Assembly: GCA_002726495.1 (NCBI GenBank)
Contig: PBTH01000062.1
Coordinates: forward strand, 9,239 to 73,238
Direction: 5' to 3'
DNA length: 64,000 bases
Source: Methanobacteriota archaeon
GTDB lineage: Archaea; Thermoplasmatota; Poseidoniia; Poseidoniales; Poseidoniaceae
In this document: one piece after another, positions 9,662 to 18,418 of the stretch
How positions within the stretch are numbered: position 1 is the first letter of the stretch
Layout: every line of letters begins with the position of its first letter
Translations under genes and position numbers: made by a program
Notes under the pieces: model-generated
The model's input: only the letters and a program-made list of their open reading frames with translations
What the model was told of the DNA's origin: nothing
Databases searched by the model: none

Positions 9662-10387
9662 ATGAAGAAATACAATAGGGCGGGTGCACAACCGCAAAAT
9701 ATGGACGTGGAAGCGCTCAAAAAAGAGGCAGGAATTTCTGCATGTTCTTATGTTTCAAGTGGAATGAAAGTTGGGCTTGGAACTGGTTCAACTGTTAAGT
9801 ATACAATCTTAGAACTTGGCCGTAGGGTTAGAGAGGAAGGGTTGGATATTGTGGGAGTCCCTACTTCCATCGCAACTGAAGTTCTAGCAAAGCAGCAAGG
9901 TATTACTCTGTGTGAATTGGACGATTTGGACGGCTTGGATGTTGTGATCGACGGCACCGATGAATTTGACCCAAACTTCCATCTCATCAAGGGAGGAGGT
10001 GCGGCTCTCTTACGAGAAAAAGTCGTCGCACAATCCTCTTCAAAGATGGTAGTGGTTGCTGATGATAGGAAGAGGGTTGATTGCCTGGGTGCCTTCCCAC
10101 TCCCCATCGAGGTCACTCCGTTTTCTCATGCGACGACCCTCAATGCAATTGAACGAGTGTTGGATTGTTCTGCAGCCGTCCGTCAAGGCGAGGAAGGACC
10201 CCTTGTAACTGATAACGGAAATTACATCGTCGATGCCAAAACCGGCCCAACCATCACTGAACCATCCGTGACAGAGGCGCAACTCCTCCATATTGCAGGA
10301 GTGGTTCAAGTTGGATTGTTTACCGAAATGTGCGATGTGGTGATTCTTGCTGGCCTTGATGGAGTCTCGGTTTTGGAGAAATCCTAA
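9662..10387 (+). CDS. rpiA: ribose-5-phosphate isomerase A
   Basis: GLGTGSTVKY, DGTDEFD, IKGGGAALLREK and VVVADDRK motifs are typical of RpiA. An alternative start at Met14 (9701) is possible. Confidence 0.85.
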   Translation: MKKYNRAGAQPQNMDVEALKKEAGISACSYVSSGMKVGLGTGSTVKYTILELGRRVREEGLDIVGVPTSIATEVLAKQQGITLCELDDLDGLDVVIDGTDEFDPNFHLIKGGGAALLREKVVAQSSSKMVVVADDRKRVDCLGAFPLPIEVTPFSHATTLNAIERVLDCSAAVRQGEEGPLVTDNGNYIVDAKTGPTITEPSVTEAQLLHIAGVVQVGLFTEMCDVVILAGLDGVSVLEKS

Positions 10388-10452
10388 CCATCATGGGACC
10401 ATGCTTTGAGAAGGGCATGAATCATTAAATATGCGAGTCGGAAGGCCGGAGT

Positions 10453-10529
10453 GGGCCTGTAGCTTAGTCAGGTAGAGCGATGGACTCTTAATCCATCGGC
10501 CGCGGGTTCGAACCCCGTCAGGCCCGCCA
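10453..10529 (+). tRNA. tRNA-Lys (anticodon CTT), CCA encoded
   Basis: Cloverleaf by eye. Acceptor GGGCCTG/CAGGCCC, anticodon stem ATGGA/TCCAT with loop CTCTTAA (anticodon CTT), T-arm GCGGGTTCGAACCCCGT, discriminator G, 3' CCA encoded in the genome. Confidence 0.9.
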
Positions 10530-10536
10530 CTAACAA

Positions 10537-10830
10537 CTACTCAACATGGCATGCCACAATGTTTGAACGGGAGACTGTTCCGAAGTTGTGAGAGTCTTCA
10601 GAAGCAAGAGGATCTGGCTGGTCACCAACAAGGAAGAAACGGCCCTTGGCGATGGAGTGAATACGCTTCACAACGAGAATATCTTTCTTTAGAGGATGGT
10701 GAGAAAGTACCACCTGACCAACTTTTAGTTCGCTGTTGTCATCGATTGGTTTGAATTCTAGAACCGTACCATCCTTGTATGTTGGCCACATGCTGTCGCC
10801 GTTAATACGAACCTGAATGGGTTCGGACAT
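10537..10830 (-). CDS. sodX: Ni-superoxide dismutase maturation protease (S26/S24-like signal peptidase fold)
   Basis: A 97 aa protein with a GDSMWPT signal-peptidase/LexA-type Ser motif. It lies immediately downstream of sodN on the same strand. Confidence 0.7.
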   Translation of the reverse strand: MSEPIQVRINGDSMWPTYKDGTVLEFKPIDDNSELKVGQVVLSHHPLKKDILVVKRIHSIAKGRFFLVGDQPDPLASEDSHNFGTVSRSNIVACHVE

Positions 10831-10839
10831 ATCATGCCC

Positions 10840-11286
10840 TCAAGAAGCGCGAATCCAAGGGACTTCTCGGCCTTTTACAGCCCAAAACATGTTGTGAATT
10901 GCCTCACATGCGTCCATGAGTTCTTGGGCGTGGTGTGCAGAAACCTCTACCTTGCATGCTGAGCATAGTTTTGCAGCATGCCAAAACGTGTCGTGCAAAT
11001 CTGGGTTTGCTTCAAGATGTTGTGGCTTAAAGAAGTCAGTCCAAAGAACAAGCAATTCATCTTTACATTTCTGGGCCTCTTCTTCCTTGATTGCTGCATA
11101 GCGAGACATGGTGTTGAGGTAGGATGCCATGGCTTGTCCATCGTTGGTCTCAGGGCATGTTAGGCCAAGCATTTTGTTGGTCATGGATTGAACTGCCTCC
11201 GCAGCAATTCGTGCGCTAGCGGGGTCGTATACACCGCATGGTCCGTCACAATGTGCTTCAGCTTCAATGAAAGGGGTTGTCTTCAT
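10840..11286 (-). CDS. sodN: nickel superoxide dismutase precursor
   Basis: The Ni-hook motif HCDGPCGVYDP follows an 11-residue propeptide (MKTTPFIEAEA). Length and helical composition are typical of NiSOD. Confidence 0.85.
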   Translation of the reverse strand: MKTTPFIEAEAHCDGPCGVYDPASARIAAEAVQSMTNKMLGLTCPETNDGQAMASYLNTMSRYAAIKEEEAQKCKDELLVLWTDFFKPQHLEANPDLHDTFWHAAKLCSACKVEVSAHHAQELMDACEAIHNMFWAVKGREVPWIRAS

Positions 11287-11350
11287 GCCCTACCCGAGCA
11301 ATCGGCATCATATGAATGTGATTCTTTCCCTTATTGAAGCGTTGAATCGC

Positions 11351-12256
11351 TCAAACCGTAAATGTGGTGCCTTCCTCGCCCCGTAATGCGTCGAGTACAG
11401 AACCTGGTGTGCAAAAAATACCTTGACCGGCTTCAACAATCGAGACATAGGAACATAATGCACGAACCTTAGGGCGCATGGATCCTGCTGGGAATTGTCC
11501 TTTTTCATCCATTGATTCCGCTTCTTCAACTGAAATGTTTCTAAGAGATTTAGCTTTTTTAGTTCCGAAATCAGTGTAAACGGCATCTGCATCTGTTGAG
11601 ATAATCAATGCATCAGCTTTGAGATCAATTGCTAAACGGGACGAGAGAAGGTCTTTGTCAATCACCGCAGGAACTCCAACAAGATGCCCGTCGCGGTCAA
11701 CAACAGGCACACCCCCTCCACCTCCGCATATGACCACTGCTTGCAGTTCAACCAACTTACGAATCACATCCAATTCCATGATTTGTAACGGCTCCGGACT
11801 TGCCACTACCCTACGAGGACCGTGTATTGTCTCAGCAATATCCCAATCAGCTGACATGACAGTCTTTGCATCGAGGATTGGACCCACTGGCTTTGTTGGA
11901 AGAGCAAAGGCGGGGTCGTCGCTATCAACTTCAACTCTCGTGAGGATTACGGCTGTACGTTCTGGCCGAAGGCGGCGTTGAAGTATTGCCTGTAAATTCA
12001 TCGAAAGGTCATGACCTATCATTCCTTGAGTTGCAGCAACCCACGACTCAAGGGAATGAATCCCATCAGCGTCCATTTCCATGAGGTGGCCAACTTGTGG
12101 TCCGTTTCCATGGGTAATGATAACGGTCCAATCCATCTCAAGTAAATCAATAACGTCGCTCATAACGCGAGCAAGAACCTCAGAACTGTTCGTTGAATCG
12201 CCTTTTGGAGGTTGCAACGCGTTGCCACCAAGTGCGTAAACCGCCAGTTTTTTCAT
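11351..12256 (-). CDS. arcC: carbamate kinase
   Basis: N-terminus MKKLAVYALGGNAL, ITHGNGPQVG and VVICGGGGGVPVV motifs of the carbamate kinase/amino-acid kinase family. 301 aa. Confidence 0.85.
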   Translation of the reverse strand: MKKLAVYALGGNALQPPKGDSTNSSEVLARVMSDVIDLLEMDWTVIITHGNGPQVGHLMEMDADGIHSLESWVAATQGMIGHDLSMNLQAILQRRLRPERTAVILTRVEVDSDDPAFALPTKPVGPILDAKTVMSADWDIAETIHGPRRVVASPEPLQIMELDVIRKLVELQAVVICGGGGGVPVVDRDGHLVGVPAVIDKDLLSSRLAIDLKADALIISTDADAVYTDFGTKKAKSLRNISVEEAESMDEKGQFPAGSMRPKVRALCSYVSIVEAGQGIFCTPGSVLDALRGEEGTTFTV

Positions 12257-12381
12257 ACTTGTTTGTACTCGCCAAGGGTTTTGACCCTTTGCACGATTTC
12301 ATGGTTCAAACACTGATTTTCATCAAGCGCATGAAGGGTGACATTGAATTACACGCCCCGAATGGAAGGACAGGTGGGAGT

Positions 12382-13731
12382 ATGGCCAAGACGGTATGGA
12401 TTGGAGATATCCAAGATGGATTGCACAATGGACAAACCATTGAATTGAAAGGATGGATAAAGCGCACCCGTGGCTCTAACAAACTCCGATTTGTCGTTTT
12501 GAGGGATTCAACAGGAGACATCCAATGTGTCGGCAAACTCACAGATCTTGGAGAAGAAGTCTTTGAAGCGATGAAGGGCGCACTTATTGAATCAAGTGTT
12601 ATCCTCAACGGCACAGTAGTAGAATCCGAAAAGGCACCGGGTGGCCACGAAATCGTCGCTCAATCGTTTCAGATTGTAGGGGCTGTTGACCCAGAGCGCC
12701 CATTTCCAATCAACAAAGAGGCATTGAATGTCGTTGATGAGGATGGTGAACCCATGCCAGGTGGTTCGGAATTCTTGCTCAATAATCGCCATCTTTACCT
12801 CCGCACTAGCAGGATGACAACGATGTTAAAACTGCGAAGTTCTGCATTCGGTGCAATTCACAACTACTTCAGAAATGAAGATTTCATTGAATACCAAGCG
12901 CCCAACTTTGTGGCTGGAGCAGTTGAAGGCGGTTCTACACTGTTTGAAGTTCCATATTTCGGAGAAACTGCATACCTCACGCAGTCATGGCAACTCTATG
13001 CTGAGGCTGCCATGCCGGCTCTTGAGCGGCTCTACACCATCGCACCATCATTCCGTGCAGAAGAATCCCGAACTCGCCGACATCTCACTGAGTTTTGGCA
13101 TGCTGAAATGGAAATGGCTTGGGCCTCCAATGATGAAATTATGGCTCATGGTGAAGGCGTTGTTCGACACATAGCAAGGACGCTGCTTGACGAGCGAGAA
13201 GCAGAACTATCCTCCATTGACCGTGACTTGGAATTGGTTGCTCGTTATGCGGACAACCCCTATCCAAGAATGCGCTATGATGAGGCTGTTGAGACCCTAC
13301 AAGGAATGGGAGTTGATGTCAAGTGGGGCGATGATTTGGATTATTCAAAGGAAAAAGTCCTTACTCAGGATTTTGATGTCCCTCACTTTCTTACGCACTA
13401 CCCTAAGATTGCCAAGCCGTTTTATCACCGCGTTGACACAGAAGATGAAAAATACGTTCTTTGTCACGACCTCTTGGCGCCAGAAGGATATGGAGAGATC
13501 ATTGGTGGTGGTGAAAGGACGTGGTCTGAAGAGGAAATTCTTCGTCGCCTTGATGAAGAAGGCACGCCTCGTGAACCGTATCAGTTCTACATTGACACAC
13601 GAGCGTACGGTGGCGTACCTCACGGTGGATTCGGACTCGGTGTGGACCGAGTCGTAAGTTGGCTAGCCGGTGCATCACATATTCGCGAAGTCATTCCGTT
13701 CCCCCGAACGTCTCGCCGAGTAAAACCATGA
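12382..13731 (+). CDS. aspS: aspartyl-tRNA synthetase, archaeal/eukaryotic type
   Basis: Class II motifs: FRAEESRTRRHLTEFWHAEMEMAW (motif 2) and GGFGLGVDRVVSWLAG (motif 3), plus an N-terminal OB anticodon-binding region (ELKGWIKRTRG). The start is set at the ATG at 12382, preceded by GGTGGGAG; the longer ORF from 12193 would overlap the convergent arcC. Confidence 0.85.
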   Translation: MAKTVWIGDIQDGLHNGQTIELKGWIKRTRGSNKLRFVVLRDSTGDIQCVGKLTDLGEEVFEAMKGALIESSVILNGTVVESEKAPGGHEIVAQSFQIVGAVDPERPFPINKEALNVVDEDGEPMPGGSEFLLNNRHLYLRTSRMTTMLKLRSSAFGAIHNYFRNEDFIEYQAPNFVAGAVEGGSTLFEVPYFGETAYLTQSWQLYAEAAMPALERLYTIAPSFRAEESRTRRHLTEFWHAEMEMAWASNDEIMAHGEGVVRHIARTLLDEREAELSSIDRDLELVARYADNPYPRMRYDEAVETLQGMGVDVKWGDDLDYSKEKVLTQDFDVPHFLTHYPKIAKPFYHRVDTEDEKYVLCHDLLAPEGYGEIIGGGERTWSEEEILRRLDEEGTPREPYQFYIDTRAYGGVPHGGFGLGVDRVVSWLAGASHIREVIPFPRTSRRVKP

Positions 13732-13867
13732 TCAAAGCAATGGCTTTCCACATTCCGGACAGGGTAAACCTGGTATGAACTCACCCAACAAAAATCCACA
13801 ATGTGGGCAGATGGATGTCAGAAAATCATCAACAAAAGACATGAAACTCACTTCAATCGTTCCATCT

Positions 13868-14629
13868 TCAAGGTTTGGGTATGGAAAGTGATTCACAAAT
13901 TTGATTCAGTACAAGGGCTAAATCTTTTTCTTCGATGATGAAATGAGCGTGATTTTTAGGTTTGTCATCCCAAGGGTTGAATAAAATCGCACAATTACTT
14001 TCTCGGAACATTCCAATATCACCGGATGAGTCACCGACTGATGCAGTGTACTCTTTGGAAACTCCCATGCGACGTTGGAGCATCTTGACAATTGAGCCCT
14101 TTCCATCCATTTGAACCTGGTATCTTCCAAAATCTCCGATCAAACTTTCTCCGGATTCAGACGGCGTTGTTGCCAACCAACCGTTGGTGAAAACATGCAA
14201 CAACGTATCCATCCCTCCGGATTGTTCACGCGCTGTGTGGCGGTCAATACCTCCCCATCTACGCCGCCATGGTTGGTTCGATGGAAAACAAGCAGCGATA
14301 TCTCGTGCTGTTTTCTGCAGCCCTCCACTCACAATGGCTACATTCACATTGTGTTTGAGTAGATGTTCAATCAGCAGTTTCCATCCCTTCATCATTGGCA
14401 TCCCATCCATCAACGACCGAAGGTGTCCATCGGTTATGGGTTCTTCGAATGAGGATTTAATCAAATCCAAATCCAGTTTTATCCAATCCCATTCGTCCAG
14501 TTTTCCCTGATTGTAGAGTTCAAAGGACTCATCGTTTGAAATTCCGAGTTGGTCGTATACAAACTGCCAAGTTGACAGATGGTCAACTAAAACACGGTCC
14601 ATATCCAAGCATACAAGTTTCTCAACCAT
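13868..14629 (-). CDS. HAD-superfamily hydrolase (phosphoserine-phosphatase-like)
   Basis: HAD motif I (LVCLDMDRVL), motif III region (VAIVSGG) and motif IV (VGDSSGDIGMF). Confidence 0.55.
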   Translation of the reverse strand: MVEKLVCLDMDRVLVDHLSTWQFVYDQLGISNDESFELYNQGKLDEWDWIKLDLDLIKSSFEEPITDGHLRSLMDGMPMMKGWKLLIEHLLKHNVNVAIVSGGLQKTARDIAACFPSNQPWRRRWGGIDRHTAREQSGGMDTLLHVFTNGWLATTPSESGESLIGDFGRYQVQMDGKGSIVKMLQRRMGVSKEYTASVGDSSGDIGMFRESNCAILFNPWDDKPKNHAHFIIEEKDLALVLNQICESLSIPKP

Positions 14630-14652
14630 AACTCAACACCCCTCTCACAAGT

Positions 14653-15483
14653 TCAATTTTGTTTCGGCCAATTGTACTGGTGCTGAATACGTTCAACTTG
14701 TTTGCCCATGATATAGAGAATAATCGCTACCATCATGGCGAAAAGTCCGACCAGCGTCATAGCGATTGTCACCAATGTAACTCCAATAGACGTACTGTTC
14801 AGCTCAGTGAACATGGACGCTAAATCACCCGACAAACGATAACCAAGCACGAAGATGACCACCCCCGGAATACCGAACAGCAAAAGAGGATGTTTTGATT
14901 CCAACATCCAATAAAACAACTGAGCAAAACGAGAAGCTGTTGCTAAGGATTCCCGTTGAGGTAGGTTGATGGGAGCCTCTGCTTCAACAAATCGGACTTG
15001 CAATTTGTCCGAAACGTCTTGTTGCGTCCCAAGAGGTGACATCGCCGCAAGAGCTTGACAGCCGGCTTCACTCAAAACCAAGTGGCGCATTTTTGTAGAT
15101 GAAAGCACAACATCGGCGTCATCTTCAACTCCCGAAGATTCATCCTTGTAGGTGTAATGAATATCCCAAGGCTCTCTCGCTCTGTTTACAGCAAGAGGAA
15201 GGTTCGAAAGTTTCCATCCTCTTGACACACGTAGTATCAGGGTATTTCCTTCCGTAAGGTCATGTTCTAAGAGATAGGAAGCGATGGATTGAGGAGAAAA
15301 CTCTCCATTGTAATGGCAGACTTTGCTGCCTACTTCTTGAGCCAATTCAACCGTTTCATCATTTGAACCGGTGTCAAGAAGTATGACTTCATTTGCAACT
15401 TCTCGGCAACGGATGATCAACGAAACAATTCGCAACTCAATGTCTCGGGCGAGCAAGACAATGCGCGTGAGTGAATCTGACAC
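14653..15483 (-). CDS. glycosyltransferase family 2-like membrane protein
   Basis: N-terminal GT2-like segment (IVLLARDIE...VILLDTGSNDETVELA) and C-terminal TM helices, resembling dolichyl-phosphate sugar synthases. Confidence 0.55.
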   Translation of the reverse strand: MSDSLTRIVLLARDIELRIVSLIIRCREVANEVILLDTGSNDETVELAQEVGSKVCHYNGEFSPQSIASYLLEHDLTEGNTLILRVSRGWKLSNLPLAVNRAREPWDIHYTYKDESSGVEDDADVVLSSTKMRHLVLSEAGCQALAAMSPLGTQQDVSDKLQVRFVEAEAPINLPQRESLATASRFAQLFYWMLESKHPLLLFGIPGVVIFVLGYRLSGDLASMFTELNSTSIGVTLVTIAMTLVGLFAMMVAIILYIMGKQVERIQHQYNWPKQN

Positions 15484-15585
15484 ACATTATCCTGATTCAT
15501 TTAACCTATGAATCCTGTTCTTCATTTCAACACTCCAATACGGTTTCAGGCGTACTTTCATGAGAAGCAGACCTTAGGGGGTGAC

Positions 15586-16503
15586 ATGCAACAGGGCTGG
15601 AAGGTGGGTGTTGTCATTCCAGCGCGCAATGAAGAGGCACATATTGCGACCGTCTTAGAAACACTACCAAAGTCAGTAGATCTTGCTGTTGTCGTCAACG
15701 ATGGGTCAACGGATAACACAGAGAGAATCGCTGAAACTACGAAAATCACGACTGAAATCGCTATCCTAAACACCGGAGGAATCGGTGTGGGTGGAGCAAT
15801 TGACGCCGGCCACAACTACCTAATTGACCGATTCAAAGTTCCGTTTGTTAGCGTCATTATGGCAGGCGATGGACAAATGAATCCTAACGACTTGAATTCA
15901 TTGGTTGACCCGGTAATTAACGGTCAATTCGACCATGTAAAGGGTGACCGCTCCAAGCATAACAAAGGGTACAATCAAATGCCCCTTATCAGAAAATTAG
16001 CTTCCGTGATTCTTTCCTTTTTTACAACACTTGCCGCAGGTCAGCGAATACGAGACCCACAATGTGGATTTACTGCAACATCACACCTAGTGCTTAAGGA
16101 ATGGAATTGGAATCGTTCTTGGAACGGCTATGGTTACCCAAACTTTTGGCTGATCAACTTGGCTCAACAGGGATGGAGGATTGGACATGTTCCTGTTGAA
16201 TCAATCTATAGAAAAGAAAACTCCGGGATAAAACCTCTTGGCTTTTTCATTCGTGTCGGAACGATGATGGCCATTGAGCATCACCGACGTAACATCTCTT
16301 GGTTGTTGGGGCGAAACACCTCAGTATACACATTTTGCGCATTCATCAGTTACATTCTTGGGTGGGTTGGAATGGTTGGCGGATTTTCAATATCAAAGCA
16401 AGTATTCTGGAGCATCGAGCCAACTACATTTCTAGTCACCGGTTTGCTCTGGACAATAGCGCACATTTTTGATAGAATGGCAACAGTGGCTCAACACAGG
16501 TGA
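15586..16503 (+). CDS. glycosyltransferase family 2 (Dpm1/DPG-synthase-like) with C-terminal TM helices
   Basis: VVIPARNEE...VVVNDGSTDNT GT2 signature, a DGQ motif, and two or three C-terminal TM helices. The start is set at the ATG at 15586, preceded by AGGGGGTGAC. Confidence 0.7.
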   Translation: MQQGWKVGVVIPARNEEAHIATVLETLPKSVDLAVVVNDGSTDNTERIAETTKITTEIAILNTGGIGVGGAIDAGHNYLIDRFKVPFVSVIMAGDGQMNPNDLNSLVDPVINGQFDHVKGDRSKHNKGYNQMPLIRKLASVILSFFTTLAAGQRIRDPQCGFTATSHLVLKEWNWNRSWNGYGYPNFWLINLAQQGWRIGHVPVESIYRKENSGIKPLGFFIRVGTMMAIEHHRRNISWLLGRNTSVYTFCAFISYILGWVGMVGGFSISKQVFWSIEPTTFLVTGLLWTIAHIFDRMATVAQHR

Positions 16504-16509
16504 CATAAG

Positions 16510-16845
16510 ATGCGGCGTCATGACAGGAGAAAAATACCGCGTAAAGCTCATGCTCGTCACATTTTAGTCACAAATAAACCCGATGCACGAGAGATCCTAG
16601 AATTGATTCAAAACGCCAAGAAGCCCTTCAAAGTGTTCAAAAAACTAGCAAAGAAGTATTCCAATTGCCCAAGTGCAAGTAAGGGGGGAGACTTGGGAGA
16701 ATTTATTGAAGGACAAATGGCGCAGGACTTTGAAGAAGCTGTTTGGTCAGCTGAACTTGAAACTGCCCCTGACTCGTATGTGAAGACTCAATTCGGATTC
16801 CACATCATATGGGTTCATTCTGTTGGCGAATACCAACGCTCATGA
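16510..16845 (+). CDS. parvulin-type peptidyl-prolyl cis-trans isomerase
   Basis: ARHILV...FKKLAKKYSNCPSASKGGDLGEF..GQM...FEEAVW...GFHII fits the Par10/PpiC consensus. Confidence 0.8.
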   Translation: MRRHDRRKIPRKAHARHILVTNKPDAREILELIQNAKKPFKVFKKLAKKYSNCPSASKGGDLGEFIEGQMAQDFEEAVWSAELETAPDSYVKTQFGFHIIWVHSVGEYQRS

Positions 16846-16850
16846 AGTAA

Positions 16851-16928
16851 TGGTGGGCGTACCAAGATTTGAACTTGGGTCCAAGCGTCCCAAACGCCCG
16901 AGTATAGGCCAAACTAACCCATACGCCC
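16851..16928 (-). tRNA. tRNA-Pro (anticodon TGG), CCA encoded
   Basis: Minus-strand acceptor GGGCGTA/TACGCCC, T-arm CCAAG-TTCAAAT-CTTGG, anticodon stem GGGCG/CGCTT with loop TTTGGGA (U33, anticodon UGG, G37), discriminator A, encoded CCA. The D-arm is atypical (weak 3 bp stem) and the body is 75 nt. Confidence 0.7.
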
Positions 16929-16962
16929 GTTATCCTTTCCCACGAGGTCTTACCTATGAACT

Positions 16963-17403
16963 TCACTCAAGGAACTGCCAGCGTCCATCAGCGATACGGA
17001 GGACCAATCCTTCCTGTTCAGCACGCTCCATAAGCCCATCAGCCTCCATTTCTGCATGATAGTCAGCGAGTACTGAATTGACTGTGATTCTACCTACAGA
17101 ATGTGTCTCGTCACTACGACGGCGGATCATTTCAATCAAAACGTTCGGTGAGGGAGTATCTTGTTCATCAAACAACAATTCATTTTTAGATAACTTTTCT
17201 CTCAAAGCGCCCCTTAGGTCTTCAGGAGTGTTTGCTAAGGCTACCTCAATACGCAGTTGGGACGATGATTTCGCAATACCGAGTACTTCAGCGGAATCTG
17301 TAACTCGTTGTCCACAGTGAGGACAGCGCCCGGACAGGGAGCGATTCCCGAAACACATGTTACAAGCTGGGCAACGGATGATGAGCCATTTTTTTTCAGT
17401 CAT
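16963..17403 (-). CDS. zinc-ribbon domain protein, hypothetical
   Basis: N-terminal C4 zinc ribbon, RCPACNMCFGNRSLSGRCPHCGQRV. The start is set at the internal Met (MTEKKW) to avoid overlap with the upstream gene. No further family call. Confidence 0.45.
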   Translation of the reverse strand: MTEKKWLIIRCPACNMCFGNRSLSGRCPHCGQRVTDSAEVLGIAKSSSQLRIEVALANTPEDLRGALREKLSKNELLFDEQDTPSPNVLIEMIRRRSDETHSVGRITVNSVLADYHAEMEADGLMERAEQEGLVLRIADGRWQFLE

Positions 17404-17434
17404 AGCACAACAACTCTCCGACAACAAATAAACT

Positions 17435-18037
17435 TCACAGAGTGAAATCGTGCTTGTTTTGAGGTTGTCCAGGACGCCGTGCAGGTGCTGCAGGTGCCTT
17501 TGTGTCGACTCGCTTCTTGGGCTCCTCTGCTCTGCGAGTGAGTGCTCCACGTATTGGCCCAGTTCTTGTCTTTGCACCAAGAGAAAGGGAATCCGGCAAG
17601 ATGAGAGCAGCTATTGCCACACCATGATGGTCTTGCCCAGCGGTTACTTCATCCACAGCAACATCAAATTCTACGACTTCTAAATCCCTACTGGCAAGTC
17701 TACGCTGTAGGTTTCTTCGAAGAAGAATCGTGGTTTCCTCATAATCAAGAGCGGTGGTGATGGTAGCAACAATGGTACATTCATCACCTTCTGGAGTCAC
17801 ACAAGATGCCCAGGCAACACCTGCAGATGCGGAGGAACCGTTCCAAGCATATGCTGTTGCAAGGTGGCATTCAACCAATGACCCCATTGGCAACGACCGA
17901 GGAGGTGTTGCGCCAAAACCAAGGGGAAGCATCGCACCTTGAGCTTGGATAATTCGGCTATCTCCCAATCCAAGTTCAACAAGACCTTGGTCAAAAGCAT
18001 CCTCAGCATTTTCTCCCCAAGGGGCGACTGCCGTCAT
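17435..18037 (-). CDS. pyruvoyl-dependent arginine decarboxylase (PdaD)-like protein
   Basis: WGENAEDAFDQGLVELGLGD...AMLP...SLPMGSLVECHLATAYAW resembles the PdaD consensus (SGxGxxxLNAFDxALLxAGIGNxNLxxxSSIxPP...LPMGALVxTAYGY). The conserved Ser-Ser cleavage dipeptide appears replaced by QG. The C-terminal tail is basic and low-complexity. Confidence 0.5.
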   Translation of the reverse strand: MTAVAPWGENAEDAFDQGLVELGLGDSRIIQAQGAMLPLGFGATPPRSLPMGSLVECHLATAYAWNGSSASAGVAWASCVTPEGDECTIVATITTALDYEETTILLRRNLQRRLASRDLEVVEFDVAVDEVTAGQDHHGVAIAALILPDSLSLGAKTRTGPIRGALTRRAEEPKKRVDTKAPAAPARRPGQPQNKHDFTL

Positions 18038-18127
18038 TAACCAACCGGGGCAAGATGGCCCAGAACTACGCTGCATGCCGTGACACTGTCGCAACGGGTT
18101 CATGAACAACATGGTCGTGCAGTTACC

Positions 18128-18418
18128 ATGGGCTCACGTACGAGACGCATCATGTTGATGGCGGCTATCATCAATATAGGCATGTGGATTGGGGCCATAT
18201 TCTTAGAAAGTAAGCATTCGCTTGCTCTTGTCACTACGACGCTAATTATTACCATTATAGGAGCTGTTTTGACGATTTGGAAGAGCGGCGATAAACCCCC
18301 TTTTCATTTACCGTCAAGTGGTGGCAATCCGGCAAACAATGGTTTGATCGAATCACCATTGGTTAACGAACCGTTACCGGACCCAATGGACTACGACATA
18401 GAAATGCCTTTTTCGTAA
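18128..18418 (+). CDS. small membrane protein, hypothetical
   Basis: Two predicted TM helices (IMLMAAIINIGMWIGAIFL; ALVTTTLIITIIGAVLTIW). The ORF sits between two minus-strand genes. This call is weak. Confidence 0.3.
   Translation: MGSRTRRIMLMAAIINIGMWIGAIFLESKHSLALVTTTLIITIIGAVLTIWKSGDKPPFHLPSSGGNPANNGLIESPLVNEPLPDPMDYDIEMPFS

Noticed and set aside
12193-12381. Long N-terminal extension of aspS from the first ATG/alternative start
   Set aside because: It overlaps the convergent carbamate kinase gene and has no homology to AspRS N-termini. The ATG at 12382 has a GGTGGGAG RBS.
16823-17059. 78-aa ORF on the plus strand
   Set aside because: It is antisense to a clear tRNA-Pro gene with no motif support, so it is spurious.
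18080-18127. Longer version of the small membrane ORF starting at 18080
   Set aside because: It would overlap the 5' end of the PdaD-like gene if that gene uses its upstream Met. The shorter start is retained, and the whole ORF is low confidence.
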